From the IMG/VR virus record IMGVR_UViG_3300044984_001938: 64,000 bases of DNA. One strand, written 5' to 3'. Origin of the DNA: a virus. Lineage: Duplodnaviria > Heunggongvirae > Uroviricota > Caudoviricetes. Made by a program: the position numbers and the translations under genes. Positions 1-10,338 of the stretch are shown here, in pieces; the stretch's first letter is position 1, and each line of letters starts with the position of its first letter. The notes beneath the pieces were generated by a model that did not search any database, was not told the DNA's origin, and was given only the letters and a program-made list of their open reading frames with translations.

Positions 1-216
1 GATAATATCATAGTAACAGATCCTGTATCAATCGCACCTAGTCAACAGGGAATGCAGATGATCCCCAGTATGTTTACCGCAGAATCACACGGAAATGTAA
101 CGCTAAATACTAGTGCGATTGCTTTTTATGCTAATACTGATGATAGCATCAAGGATAAATATATAGAAGCAACAACTGGGATTAAGTTACCAGATAAGAG
201 AATTGTACTGGGGTAA
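1..216 (+). CDS. partial (5'-truncated) small phage protein
   Basis: Frame 1 is open from base 1 to TAA 214-216 (DNIIVTDPVSIAPSQQGMQM...KLPDKRIVLG). Confidence 0.75.
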   Translation, partial: DNIIVTDPVSIAPSQQGMQMIPSMFTAESHGNVTLNTSAIAFYANTDDSIKDKYIEATTGIKLPDKRIVLG

Positions 217-217
217 A

Positions 218-502
218 ATGGCAGCATTGAGTAGAAAGGGTGACGCAAATCAAACAGGCGGAACAATTATTCGCGGTGCTGCCACGGTATTTGCTAATGG
301 AATAGCCGTTGGATTGCATGTAAGCAGTATTACTCCGCATGCACCATGGCAGCGCCGCGCGCATCCACCTCATCAAGCACCTACTACAACTCAAGGAAGC
401 CCTACTGTTTTTGCAGAAGGAGATCCTGTATTAAGAATAGGCTCAGGCAATACTTGCGGTCATAGTATCGTTCAAGGTAGTCCTGATATATTTGTACCAT
501 AA
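218..502 (+). CDS. PAAR-repeat baseplate spike-tip protein
   Basis: Motifs RKGD, ITPH, QGSPTVFAEG, GDPVLRIG, CGHSIVQGSPDIFV; start re-placed at ATG 218. Confidence 0.9.
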   Translation: MAALSRKGDANQTGGTIIRGAATVFANGIAVGLHVSSITPHAPWQRRAHPPHQAPTTTQGSPTVFAEGDPVLRIGSGNTCGHSIVQGSPDIFVP

Positions 503-503
503 C

Positions 504-1775
504 ATGAGCAATACAGGAAAACAAAGCCCGTTAGGTGTTAATGTAATGAGTGGTTTACTCCAGGGCAAAGGCTTTTGGATTAATCAACCTACTGCTAATA
601 TAGTTGGTTCTAGTACTAGTGTCAGTAGTTACACTTACGGTACTATAATATCAACTACCATATTAAACAATGCAACAAACGCCATACGAGAAGGTTGGGT
701 TAGATATAATGCAGGTGACTTAAGTTTAACAACTTATAATAATCTTAAAGCAATGGGCAGTTCAACTATTCCTGCATTAGGTAATAGCATTCCTCCTAAC
801 TATGTGCAAAGTCAAAGTTATAACATAGCTTATACTGGTGAAAATGCCAGTTATGGCTATATCAGAATATTTCCACTGCAAGCATATTCTGAATTTAATT
901 ATAACAACACCCTAGCACTTAGCGGAATGTATAACGACTTTGTAGGAACATTCATTAGTGCTGGATCATTTATTGAGTATTCCAATCAATCAATTACAGC
1001 AATGTATAATTCATTGACGTTCTTAGACGGTACATACAGTAACATGAATGATTTAATCACCGCTGATGTTACTGGTATAAGTTTATCTACTGGTGTATTT
1101 GGTACAGATTTAATCAATTTAGGCAAAGCATTAGATTTATCCACAATATGGACATTTGGCTATCCTTCTAATCTATTAGCAACTCTTAAAAAATACAATG
1201 CATTGACCCCATCATTAGCCGTGGCATTATTATCTACTGGGTTGACGAGTGATGAGATAAACCAAATAGCAAATAATACTAATGTATCCAAAGATCAACA
1301 ACAAAAAGTTTATTCAGCCTTTTTAGTAATTGCGGGGGTAGACTTGGCCACGATATTAGTAGCATTAAATTGCAACACAGATGGATTAGTAACACTAGCT
1401 GACTTGTTGAATGTTAAAAAGATGTTTCCTAAAAGTTATCTATCGTTAACTGTACCTATCTATAATGCAGTACCGGGACCAACTAATAGTAAAACATATT
1501 ATCCTATATATACTAGCACAACAGTGGCACCTGTAATATCAAGTGTTGTTGGAACAATAAATCCTGCATTGACTACCCCTGCAATAAAAGCAATAGTTGG
1601 TACAACTATTCCACCAGGGGAGCCTCCGAGTTTAGATAAAGACGGCGGCGGATGGACCGATCCCGGAGAATCCGGCGATTTTGGTATAGCAGGTGATACT
1701 AACAGTGGAGATAGTAGTGGAGAAGGAAGCGGTGATGCCGGTGGCGGCATTGGCAGTGGTAGTGGATATCAATAA
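504..1775 (+). CDS. putative virion structural protein
   Basis: Long S/T/N/G-rich ORF with a Gly/Asp-rich tail, directly after PAAR; start likely MSNTGK at 504. Confidence 0.6.
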   Translation: MSNTGKQSPLGVNVMSGLLQGKGFWINQPTANIVGSSTSVSSYTYGTIISTTILNNATNAIREGWVRYNAGDLSLTTYNNLKAMGSSTIPALGNSIPPNYVQSQSYNIAYTGENASYGYIRIFPLQAYSEFNYNNTLALSGMYNDFVGTFISAGSFIEYSNQSITAMYNSLTFLDGTYSNMNDLITADVTGISLSTGVFGTDLINLGKALDLSTIWTFGYPSNLLATLKKYNALTPSLAVALLSTGLTSDEINQIANNTNVSKDQQQKVYSAFLVIAGVDLATILVALNCNTDGLVTLADLLNVKKMFPKSYLSLTVPIYNAVPGPTNSKTYYPIYTSTTVAPVISSVVGTINPALTTPAIKAIVGTTIPPGEPPSLDKDGGGWTDPGESGDFGIAGDTNSGDSSGEGSGDAGGGIGSGSGYQ

Positions 1776-1787
1776 TAAATAAATGTA

Positions 1788-3134
1788 ATGGCAACAGTAA
1801 ATAATTTCTTATCATTGCTTGACGGGAACCCTAGCAGTAGCTATTCTTTTGGAAACACCGGGATGAATTCTACCGGTGATGCATTTAATGTTACTGCTAA
1901 TTCCAATGGTATCACTGCTACGATTGTTAATAATTCTACTACTGCTAATACGTTTGTTTCAGTTAATGCACAGATATTACCCGAAGGATTTGGATCATAT
2001 CTTGATGGTATATTACCTAGTGATATTGCTACTTCAGCGGGCGCATTTAGTGCAACGATGCAGCAAGTAAAGAATATAAGAAAAATTGAGATAGAAAAAC
2101 TTGCACAAGTAGTTGCTAACTTAGAAACTATTGAAGGGTTACCGCTGGTGAACGGTACTAACATACCCGCTGCTGCCGTAGAAGCACAGGCTGCATTATC
2201 TTTAGTAGCATTAGGCACTGGACCTAAAGGGACATACACCTTCTCAGACTTCTTTGGTTGTATGTCAGGATTATCATACGGTTGGGTTAATTTGCAGTCA
2301 GCAATAACTAGCATGCCTACTGGAAATTTATCAACGATTTATAGTAATCTTTATGCAGCAACACAGGGCCCTACATTGGGACTAGATGCTGCTGTGCAAG
2401 CCCAAATAGATTTAGCTAATGCTGAAATAGCAGTGATGCGTACCACGCATCCGGGACAATCAACTGAACTAAATGATTTATACAATGCCACTGCTACGCA
2501 ATTAGCAATTGAACAACTAGCAAGAGATACTGGATTAGCAGCGATACCCTCACCGAGAATTTCCGGTAGACCCGGTGATTTGTTCCCTTACCCATTGATG
2601 ATTTATAGTTTTACAGATTTGCTACCTAACTATGCTATACTAACAGCCCCTAATTTATCTGCACAAAACTTAGAAGCTATCTCTGATTTAAATTTAATTG
2701 CTGGACAAAGTATTGTTGCTTTAATGAGAGAAGTAAGAAATAAATTGAGATTAGCAGAAGTTGGAATTGATCTGGACAATAATATTCTGGATGTTACCCC
2801 GATTGTTAGTACTATCGTTTCTCCCCCAAATTCTAGTGTTGCAGCAGTATTAGGAATAGGAACACCTGATGGGTTGCCTGTGCCAAGCCCTGATATAGGT
2901 ATAGGCACACAGGGTATAAGTCAGGTATCTATCACCGGGCCGTTCTTTGATGTTGGGGTACCCGGTGGGCCTATCGTTCCAGGAAGTTTAGCAGGATCGT
3001 CTTATACTAATATAATTCCACCAGAACTAAATACGACTAATTCATCTAATTCATCATTATTACCATCATCAATTTCAGTTGCACAAGCAATTGAACAGGT
3101 AATCACCTGCAATTGCGATTGTTGGGTACAATAA
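1788..3134 (+). CDS. putative virion structural protein
   Basis: 448-aa A/S/T/N-rich ORF preceded by TAAATA. Confidence 0.6.
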   Translation: MATVNNFLSLLDGNPSSSYSFGNTGMNSTGDAFNVTANSNGITATIVNNSTTANTFVSVNAQILPEGFGSYLDGILPSDIATSAGAFSATMQQVKNIRKIEIEKLAQVVANLETIEGLPLVNGTNIPAAAVEAQAALSLVALGTGPKGTYTFSDFFGCMSGLSYGWVNLQSAITSMPTGNLSTIYSNLYAATQGPTLGLDAAVQAQIDLANAEIAVMRTTHPGQSTELNDLYNATATQLAIEQLARDTGLAAIPSPRISGRPGDLFPYPLMIYSFTDLLPNYAILTAPNLSAQNLEAISDLNLIAGQSIVALMREVRNKLRLAEVGIDLDNNILDVTPIVSTIVSPPNSSVAAVLGIGTPDGLPVPSPDIGIGTQGISQVSITGPFFDVGVPGGPIVPGSLAGSSYTNIIPPELNTTNSSNSSLLPSSISVAQAIEQVITCNCDCWVQ

Positions 3135-3188
3135 CCAAACAGTTTGGTTATTTATTAAAACTGTAGTATACTACAGCGAAGGGAAATT

Positions 3189-3740
3189 ATGCTATTAACA
3201 ATCAAAAATAAATTAACAATAACAGTCATGTTGTTTCTAACAATTGTGGTTATACCTTTACCTACGCAAGTTATAGCTGAAATGCCTATAATTACTGCTA
3301 ATCTAAAGAAAATTGATAAGCAGCAGGTTGCGTGTATGGCAAAGAATATTTTTTACGAAGCAGGATCAGAGTCTAAGCCTGGACAAGCTGCGGTTGCAAG
3401 AGTGGTGTTGAATCGGGTTAATCATGGGTTTGCTGAAACCCCATGTAAAGTAATCTATCAAAAAACAGTAGTCAATGAGAATGTTATATGCCAATTTAGT
3501 TGGGTATGCGAAGAAAAAGATGTGCTAAATAAAGCTAGTGCAAGATATAAACAAGCAGAAATGATTGCATATCAAACCATGATGGGTATGTACAAAGATG
3601 TTGTTCCAAAAACAACGGTGTTCTTTCACTCAATTAATGTTGATCCAGCTTGGCCATATAAACAAGTGGCAAGAATCGGAAATCACATTTTCTATAGTAA
3701 GCAAAAGGTAAAAAATGAACAGAAGCCCGACAAGAAATGA
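3189..3740 (+). CDS. SleB-like cell wall hydrolase (Hydrolase_2)
   Basis: N-terminal hydrophobic segment; CMAKNIFYEA, AVARVVLNRV, CQFSW and IGNHIFY motifs. Confidence 0.9.
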   Translation: MLLTIKNKLTITVMLFLTIVVIPLPTQVIAEMPIITANLKKIDKQQVACMAKNIFYEAGSESKPGQAAVARVVLNRVNHGFAETPCKVIYQKTVVNENVICQFSWVCEEKDVLNKASARYKQAEMIAYQTMMGMYKDVVPKTTVFFHSINVDPAWPYKQVARIGNHIFYSKQKVKNEQKPDKK

Positions 3741-4278
3741 ATTTAGAATCAAAAGATATAGAACAGATTTGGCAGAAAATCCATTAAACAAAACTGCTAA
3801 GGATATGATAGAACTTTATGAAGATAATGACAGTGCGGATAAGTTATTAGATCAAGACTCTGATTGGAAGAAAGATAACTTAGAATATGATTTGCGAACC
3901 ACTGAGTGGATCATAGAAAAAGCTAAAAGCGATAAAGCATATGCTCAACATATATACGCCGCTTTATGTAATAATGATTTTATGAGAAATGAAGTATGGC
4001 CTATACTAACCGAGAAAAAATGGAGTTGTAGTTGGAGACATGCAGGATCAATTATCGCCGATATGCGTGAAGAAGGTGACTACATAGATTGGTATTGTAG
4101 TGGTATACGGAATGATGACCCAATTGATGAAGAACTATTTCAGAATATGGATGACCATCAAAAACAAGATTTTTTTGAAATCAAATCTTATGTTTCTGAA
4201 AGCATAGTGACAGAAGAAATCCGTGAAGATTTATTCAAATTAGGTTGGGTTGTTGTAGCAGATAATTCCCAAGACTAA
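3715..4278 (+). CDS. hypothetical protein
   Basis: 187-aa acidic ORF (start may be downstream). Confidence 0.7.
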   Translation: MNRSPTRNEFRIKRYRTDLAENPLNKTAKDMIELYEDNDSADKLLDQDSDWKKDNLEYDLRTTEWIIEKAKSDKAYAQHIYAALCNNDFMRNEVWPILTEKKWSCSWRHAGSIIADMREEGDYIDWYCSGIRNDDPIDEELFQNMDDHQKQDFFEIKSYVSESIVTEEIREDLFKLGWVVVADNSQD

Positions 4279-4298
4279 ATAGAGTACAGGAGACGATT

Positions 4299-4679
4299 AT
4301 GTCCTACAGTGAAAAAGTTTTAGATCATTATGAAAATCCTAGAAATGCAGGAAGTTTTTCCAAATCTGAAGAAAATGTAGGTACAGGATTAGTAGGGGCC
4401 CCGGCGTGCGGAGACCTGCTGAAACTACAAATCAAAGTTGATAAAGAAACGGGGTTAATAACAGATGCTCGTTTCAAGGCATATGGGTGTGGTTCGGCCA
4501 TTGCGTCCTCATCTTTGGTGACGGAATGGATTAAAGGCAAGACATTGGATGAGGCCATTACCATTAAGAATTCGCAGATTGCCGAAGAGCTATCTTTACC
4601 ACCTGTGAAGATACATTGCTCCATCCTCGCCGAAGATGCCATCAAAGCCGCTGTAAAAGACTACCGTAAAAGACATTAA
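4299..4679 (+). CDS. iscU: Fe-S cluster assembly scaffold IscU
   Basis: YSEKVLDHYENPRN, GAPACGD, FKAYGCGSAIASSS and LPPVKIHC; three conserved Cys; RBS AGGAG. Confidence 0.97.
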   Translation: MSYSEKVLDHYENPRNAGSFSKSEENVGTGLVGAPACGDLLKLQIKVDKETGLITDARFKAYGCGSAIASSSLVTEWIKGKTLDEAITIKNSQIAEELSLPPVKIHCSILAEDAIKAAVKDYRKRH

Positions 4680-4973
4680 ATGAGTACCGAACAAGATAAA
4701 ATCAAACATAGTAAACGCTTGCTTAAGGATGATAATGCCATCAAGAAACAATTGAACATTGCTAACTCATATAGTTCATCCAATGATAAGAATGTTGAAC
4801 AACCTCATCGTCTATCTAAACAACATGCTATGGATTGTGGTAATCCAAAATGTCTGTTATGCCACAGTGAAAAAGTATTTGGTCACAAAACTATACAAGA
4901 AAGACGCTTTGACCAAGTTGTAGATTATCCAAGGGATAAACGCAGCAATGGGTTAATTATAAAAGAAGATTGA
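4680..4973 (+). CDS. hypothetical protein with CxxxxCxxC motif
   Basis: HAMDCGNPKCLLC. Confidence 0.7.
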   Translation: MSTEQDKIKHSKRLLKDDNAIKKQLNIANSYSSSNDKNVEQPHRLSKQHAMDCGNPKCLLCHSEKVFGHKTIQERRFDQVVDYPRDKRSNGLIIKED

Positions 4974-5064
4974 CCCTGTAACAAGATAAATAATGTCAGA
5001 CACACAAGGATAAGTTATGGCACAACTCAAATATAGTTATTGTAGCTGAGTACGATCATATCTA

Positions 5065-5613
5065 ATGGTATTATATGAACTTCACGATTCTTCTAATGAG
5101 TTTGTACTAGGCTTGTTAGAGGAATCCTTTTCTAAAATAACTGATACCAATACTATCAAAAATTATCATCCTGATTATCGTAATGAATCTGCTAACATTT
5201 TTTACATTTTAAATGATATTAATGGTAGATATCACCGCGGATGTTATTATGTCTTGGAAAATGAAGGTGAATATGTATGTAGTGCTGGATACAATGAATA
5301 TGATCTAGATCAAACAATAGCACTTGCACTCACTAGGGCCTACATAAACCCAAAATTTAGAGCTAAATATTTTATGGGAGAATATATTCTACCTAAAATC
5401 ATTGAGAGTACTATGCAGTATAAACATTTATATATTACTGCGGATTCCTACAATAGTGCAATATATCAGTGGTTTGTTCGTGCAGCCGCGGGGAAGAGTC
5501 CTGGAATGTTCAATGACTGGCCTGATATCTATAGAAAATTCAAACCAATTGGTAAAAAGTATATATACTATACAGAACAATATGTAGTAGAGTATAAAAA
5601 TGACAGCAAATAA
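5065..5613 (+). CDS. hypothetical protein, possibly GNAT-like
   Basis: 182-aa ORF; YVCSAGYNEY...RAYINPKFR resembles a GNAT motif A (weak). Confidence 0.6.
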   Translation: MVLYELHDSSNEFVLGLLEESFSKITDTNTIKNYHPDYRNESANIFYILNDINGRYHRGCYYVLENEGEYVCSAGYNEYDLDQTIALALTRAYINPKFRAKYFMGEYILPKIIESTMQYKHLYITADSYNSAIYQWFVRAAAGKSPGMFNDWPDIYRKFKPIGKKYIYYTEQYVVEYKNDSK

Positions 5614-5628
5614 TCTCACATAACTATA

Positions 5629-6225
5629 ATGGAAATACTTCCTTTAGGAAAATTAATAGATCCGAATGAATTTCAGTCATACATTAATGAAGCTGAAAAA
5701 TTAGAAACGGTTGTTCACAGATATGGAAGATATTTTAAATTACCTGATTATCCATATTGGAGGGAGTACAAGAATGAAGGAAACGTGATCGGATCAATAT
5801 CATTTACTAGGCATACGTCTAATCATCCTGTTTTAAAAAAAATGACTCAAAAAGTATATCATATACTTGAAAATATATTTCCATCAAGTATCCCGGTTCA
5901 AATAGAACGGATACATTTAATACGTACCAAAGGAAATATTACTCCTCACAAAGATGAAGCCGGACGAACCGCATGTATTAATATAGGTGTAAGAAACAGT
6001 TCTGGTGCGCTTACTAAGATGAGCAATGATGGTATAAAAGAAAATTTTAACGTCAATCATTATACTACTACGATAGACGAAGGTCATGCCTATTTATTGA
6101 ATACCAATCAGTTTCATTCAGTTGAGTGTCTAAATGATAGTCCTAGATATCTAATTACATATGGATTTGGGGTAACGTATGAAATTTTAGAAAAAGAGTT
6201 TAAAAATGAACTTCACGCAAAATAA
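5629..6225 (+). CDS. putative 2OG-Fe(II)/cupin oxygenase
   Basis: PHKD...FHSVE (HxD...H triad). Confidence 0.6.
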   Translation: MEILPLGKLIDPNEFQSYINEAEKLETVVHRYGRYFKLPDYPYWREYKNEGNVIGSISFTRHTSNHPVLKKMTQKVYHILENIFPSSIPVQIERIHLIRTKGNITPHKDEAGRTACINIGVRNSSGALTKMSNDGIKENFNVNHYTTTIDEGHAYLLNTNQFHSVECLNDSPRYLITYGFGVTYEILEKEFKNELHAK

Positions 6226-7123
6226 CCATTTGAGATATACAATTGGCGGCAGATTGTATAGTGAACGCCAAAATTCAGTCGAGCCATATATACTTTCAGT
6301 GGGGCAAGTTGATTCAGAAAATTATAAACATAGTAGCTATCAGAATGAATTACTGCGAACCGCTGAACTAGTGTACAATGATCTTGGTAAAGAGTTTGCG
6401 CTGTTTCTTAGTGGTGGCACTGATAGTGAGATCGTCGCACGTAATTTCTTAGACATTGGTGTTACCCCGGTCTGTTACACTATCAAATTCAAGGATGAAT
6501 ACAACGCATCTGATGTAGCCGAAGCCGTTGATTTAGCAGCAGAACTTAAGGTTCCGTTGCATGTCATTGACTTTGACGTTAAGGACTTCTTACGCAGCGG
6601 AGAAGCAGCCGAATTCGGCAATAAAATTCAGTGTACACAGATTACGTATTTAATGGTATATCACTGTATTTTAAAATTGGGTATCCCGTCAGTCATGGGA
6701 GGAGAAGTATTGCTTAAGAGAAACATAGCCACCTCACCTAGCTCTTGGTATTATTGTATCCGCGAAAATGAAGATGCAAGTGCCATGCGTTTCAGCCTTA
6801 CTTACAATATTCCACTGGTAAATGAATGGTTTAGTTATACACCTGAACTATTGTTATATTACTTAACTGATCCGGGCATTGTTGACTTGGTGACGGCCCC
6901 ACTCAATTACAAGCTATCGTCAGTAACTTCCAAGAATACTATATTACGTAGACTTTGTCCTTATGTCAGAGACCGTAGAAAAACACACGGGTTTGAAAAA
7001 TTGCTAGGTTTTAATTTTGAGGCATATCGGCAATTAACCAGTAGTCAACTTCTACGACTGGAACCTAGCATTGATGGCATTGAATATTCGGCTGTAGTGA
7101 AACAATTGAAAAACCAAATATGA
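6206..7123 (+). CDS. PP-loop (asparagine-synthase-like) protein
   Basis: LFLSGGTDSE PP-loop motif. Confidence 0.7.
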   Translation: MNFTQNNHLRYTIGGRLYSERQNSVEPYILSVGQVDSENYKHSSYQNELLRTAELVYNDLGKEFALFLSGGTDSEIVARNFLDIGVTPVCYTIKFKDEYNASDVAEAVDLAAELKVPLHVIDFDVKDFLRSGEAAEFGNKIQCTQITYLMVYHCILKLGIPSVMGGEVLLKRNIATSPSSWYYCIRENEDASAMRFSLTYNIPLVNEWFSYTPELLLYYLTDPGIVDLVTAPLNYKLSSVTSKNTILRRLCPYVRDRRKTHGFEKLLGFNFEAYRQLTSSQLLRLEPSIDGIEYSAVVKQLKNQI

Positions 7124-7719
7124 ACATTGTAAAATTAAACCACACTCACTCTGAGCTAATTAAGCCACTATTTCAGACTCATAAATTCATGGGAGTAAAT
7201 CACCAGACAAATTATTTTGTTGGACCAAATGTTAAGATAGAAGAAATGCTCCATTCAATATTTTGCAATACGTATTTGACGGATCTTACCACTTACCATG
7301 CATATGGCTCAATCAACAACTTAGGAGAAATAACCGCTGCGATAGGGTTCCATGAATCCATCGAAGATGCAAGTTGGTATTGGAATCAAGTACGCACCCT
7401 AGGTAAGAATGCTGCTGATATAAAGCTAATTCTGGATGCCGTTATGACACATAACGAGGCACAAGGCCGATTAAAATTCTATAGCATGTTTCCAAAACGA
7501 TATATCAAAACATATCGTAAACTAGCGTTTAGCAAGGTAAACAGCGAACGTTATGACTATTTTGATGAATTTGAAGTTAGTGCCAAAACCATGTGTAAAT
7601 TCACCTTGCCATGGCAAATCTTGTTTAATCGTACTCTTCTCCCAACCGATGTGGTGGTGCGTTGTACCTTTTTGAAGCAACAGTATCGCAATCATTTGCC
7701 TCAATGCGGCCGGATATAA
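7120..7719 (+). CDS. hypothetical protein, possibly GNAT-like
   Basis: 199-aa ORF overlapping the previous stop. Confidence 0.6.
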   Translation: MNIVKLNHTHSELIKPLFQTHKFMGVNHQTNYFVGPNVKIEEMLHSIFCNTYLTDLTTYHAYGSINNLGEITAAIGFHESIEDASWYWNQVRTLGKNAADIKLILDAVMTHNEAQGRLKFYSMFPKRYIKTYRKLAFSKVNSERYDYFDEFEVSAKTMCKFTLPWQILFNRTLLPTDVVVRCTFLKQQYRNHLPQCGRI

Positions 7720-7722
7720 ATA
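7715..7722 (+). promoter_or_regulatory. T4-type late-promoter-like TATAAATA
   Basis: Exact TATAAATA 4 nt before the ATG; TAAATA recurs before many genes in the window. Confidence 0.5.
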
Positions 7723-7726
7723 CTAC

Positions 7727-8518
7727 ATGTTTAAGCGTATTTCAAAATATTCCTGGTTTAGCTTTGTTCCATTTGTGAGCCTTGGTATGTTTACTGTAAC
7801 TTTATTGGTGTTAGGTATAATTCCTAGTTATTACTTGTGGTTTACTATAATTGGTTGGATCTTGATTCCCGGGCTTGGAGTAGCAGCCGGCTACCATAGA
7901 ATATTTGCTCACAATAACTATCCGAATCTTCCTAGATGGAAAGAAAATATACTGCTATTCTTGGGAACACTAAGTGGGGAAGGGTCATCTATTACATGGG
8001 CAACCATACATCGAGGATACCATCATAATCATAGTGATACTGAGCGAGATTTACATAGTCCCGTCAAAGGCATATATCATGCTTTTTTTGGATGGGCTAC
8101 CAAGATCAATGAGGCCAACCCTATCATCAATCTAAAATATTCAGCGAACTTACTCAGAAAGTCCAATCATATTTGGTTTCACACACATCAAATGTCAATT
8201 CTGTGGGCAGTACCTATAATAGTAGCACTTTTTAATTGGAAACTTAGTCTTACGCTGATATGTTTGCCAACTGCACTTGCATTGATTCAAGATAACTTAG
8301 TGAACGTATTTGGCCATTTAAAATGTATGATTGGCTATCGTAACTTCAACACGAACGATAATTCACAAAACAATGTCATTTTTGGATATCTGGGATGGGG
8401 TCAAGGGTGGCATAACAATCATCACTATGATCCAAAATCATATGATTTTGGCAAATCCATTAGCAGCAAGTGGTGGGAATGGGATCCCTGTAATATATTC
8501 AAAATATTTTTAAAATAA
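7727..8518 (+). CDS. fatty acid desaturase (delta-9-like) #1
   Basis: His boxes HRIFAH, HRGYHH and GWHNNHH; transmembrane segments. Confidence 0.92.
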   Translation: MFKRISKYSWFSFVPFVSLGMFTVTLLVLGIIPSYYLWFTIIGWILIPGLGVAAGYHRIFAHNNYPNLPRWKENILLFLGTLSGEGSSITWATIHRGYHHNHSDTERDLHSPVKGIYHAFFGWATKINEANPIINLKYSANLLRKSNHIWFHTHQMSILWAVPIIVALFNWKLSLTLICLPTALALIQDNLVNVFGHLKCMIGYRNFNTNDNSQNNVIFGYLGWGQGWHNNHHYDPKSYDFGKSISSKWWEWDPCNIFKIFLK

Positions 8519-8573
8519 AATCTTAAATGTCCTTTACTATTTACTGCGTCAATTCCAACCGTGAGATAGTTGT

Positions 8574-8936
8574 GTGATTTATCATGGGATAATCTTAGCT
8601 GGCAGTCGTTCAGAACTAGCTGGAAGAAATATCGCAGGATATGGTTTTAGATTATGTTTTGGATTAGATCCTGGTAAAACATTTTTAGAAATGAGTAAAT
8701 TAAAATCAGAGTTTTTAGAACACGGAAGAGAGCGAAAAAAGATTACACAGGATATGGTAGAAGATAAAGTATATGAAATTATACCTACGAAATCAAATAC
8801 TGTGTTTTGTATTAATGGCAGTAATTATCCACACCGAGTTCCTGTTAACAACAGCACATCTAGATTTATATTAATTGTTAGCGGTCAATTAACATCAATA
8901 GGCAATCTTAAATTTTTAAGAAAGATAGAAGAATGA
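8574..8936 (+). CDS. hypothetical protein (cupin-like C-terminus)
   Basis: ORF with INGSNYPHRVP...RFILIVSG; start uncertain. Confidence 0.4.
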   Translation: MIYHGIILAGSRSELAGRNIAGYGFRLCFGLDPGKTFLEMSKLKSEFLEHGRERKKITQDMVEDKVYEIIPTKSNTVFCINGSNYPHRVPVNNSTSRFILIVSGQLTSIGNLKFLRKIEE

Positions 8937-8972
8937 ATTTATTGAAGTTGATAACAAGGAGTTGATCTCAAA

Positions 8973-9587
8973 ATGAATAGTTACGATGTTCCTTTTTTAA
9001 AACTATCTACTAATTTTGTTATCCCATGGGATCCTGAGGCAATGACCGAATCATTTGCCGAGACTATTGGAAAAGACAAAAGTCCATTTAGTAACTCAGA
9101 GGGAACCCCACACTGGCAAACATACAACATAGGAATTTCTTTTGCTAGAAATTTTTATATAAATTTTAATAAAGAATGTTCAGATATAGCAAGTCAACTT
9201 ATTGAATTACAGCATACTTTAAGAAAAGATACAACAACGCCGGAATCTAAGCTAAATGATATATTTTTAAAATTAAAAATAAATCCTCGTAATGTTAATT
9301 TAATACGAATTCAATCAGGTATCAACGTTTTGCCCCATTATGATTCTACTAGAAATTATGCAATAAATATTGGTCTAAAAAATTCAAATTCATGTAAAAC
9401 CTATATAACAACAGATAGCTCAACTGATGCTTATTGGGATAAGCATCAATATTCATATATAACATCTGATGGTGACGTATATCTAGTCGCTGTAAAAAAT
9501 GCACATACAGTAAAAACCTTAGTAGAAAAACATTCTAAAAGTAATCGTTATCTTATAACTTACAATATTCTTAATCCTTTCTTGTAG
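8973..9587 (+). CDS. putative 2OG-Fe(II)/cupin oxygenase
   Basis: PHYD...NAHTV; C-terminal RYLITY shared with 5629-6225. Confidence 0.6.
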   Translation: MNSYDVPFLKLSTNFVIPWDPEAMTESFAETIGKDKSPFSNSEGTPHWQTYNIGISFARNFYINFNKECSDIASQLIELQHTLRKDTTTPESKLNDIFLKLKINPRNVNLIRIQSGINVLPHYDSTRNYAINIGLKNSNSCKTYITTDSSTDAYWDKHQYSYITSDGDVYLVAVKNAHTVKTLVEKHSKSNRYLITYNILNPFL

Positions 9588-9622
9588 AAATATGAAGTAT
9601 AAATATAATTAGAAAGAAAATT

Positions 9623-10309
9623 ATGTATGAAAAAATAATGCATTTTAAGGACTGGGCTAATATCATACGTGATGAAATTGAGGCTGATAACGAAGTTCCA
9701 TGGTGGTGTCCACACGGCACAGTTGATATATATGGGGTGTCGTCACCGAGAGCGATTGGCATCTTTGCACAGGGCCGAATGAAATTTATCAATCGCAATC
9801 TAAATTATTTCAATGTCCCGAGTATGACGTATATGGCAGTCAAAAATCAGTATGAGTATAATCCCAAGTTTAGCAAAGCGTTAGAGTTTTGTAATTTTTT
9901 GCGGCCATTGATTAATGAGACCGGCCCATTTGGGAGAATGTGCATATGGAAGATCCCGCCCAAATCCGGTCTTCTTCCGCATGTGGATCACTTGGTTTAT
10001 CATTCTCATATTACTAGATACATATTTTGTATCGGAACACAAACCAAATCTGAAGCAAAAATTTGCATCCGTAATACGGAAATAGAAGTTGCACCGGGAC
10101 TGTTGTTTAGCTTTGACCCATATACCGAGAAGCATGAGTTTGTCAATTACACTGACCGCGATTGGTATTTTTTGGGGTTTGATTATTGGAAACCTAGCCG
10201 ATTACTAGCCGCAATAACCCGATTTGGTATCACTGATCAAACCGACCCGGAATCCATAACCGTGCTTGGATTTGGGACTGGTAAACATAAATTCACTTCT
10301 AGAGAGTAG
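9623..10309 (+). CDS. AspH-like hydroxylase
   Basis: PPKSGLLPHVD...HEFVN. Confidence 0.65.
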   Translation: MYEKIMHFKDWANIIRDEIEADNEVPWWCPHGTVDIYGVSSPRAIGIFAQGRMKFINRNLNYFNVPSMTYMAVKNQYEYNPKFSKALEFCNFLRPLINETGPFGRMCIWKIPPKSGLLPHVDHLVYHSHITRYIFCIGTQTKSEAKICIRNTEIEVAPGLLFSFDPYTEKHEFVNYTDRDWYFLGFDYWKPSRLLAAITRFGITDQTDPESITVLGFGTGKHKFTSRE

Positions 10310-10338
10310 TGCTCAATGCAGTGAGGCAAAACCATAGT

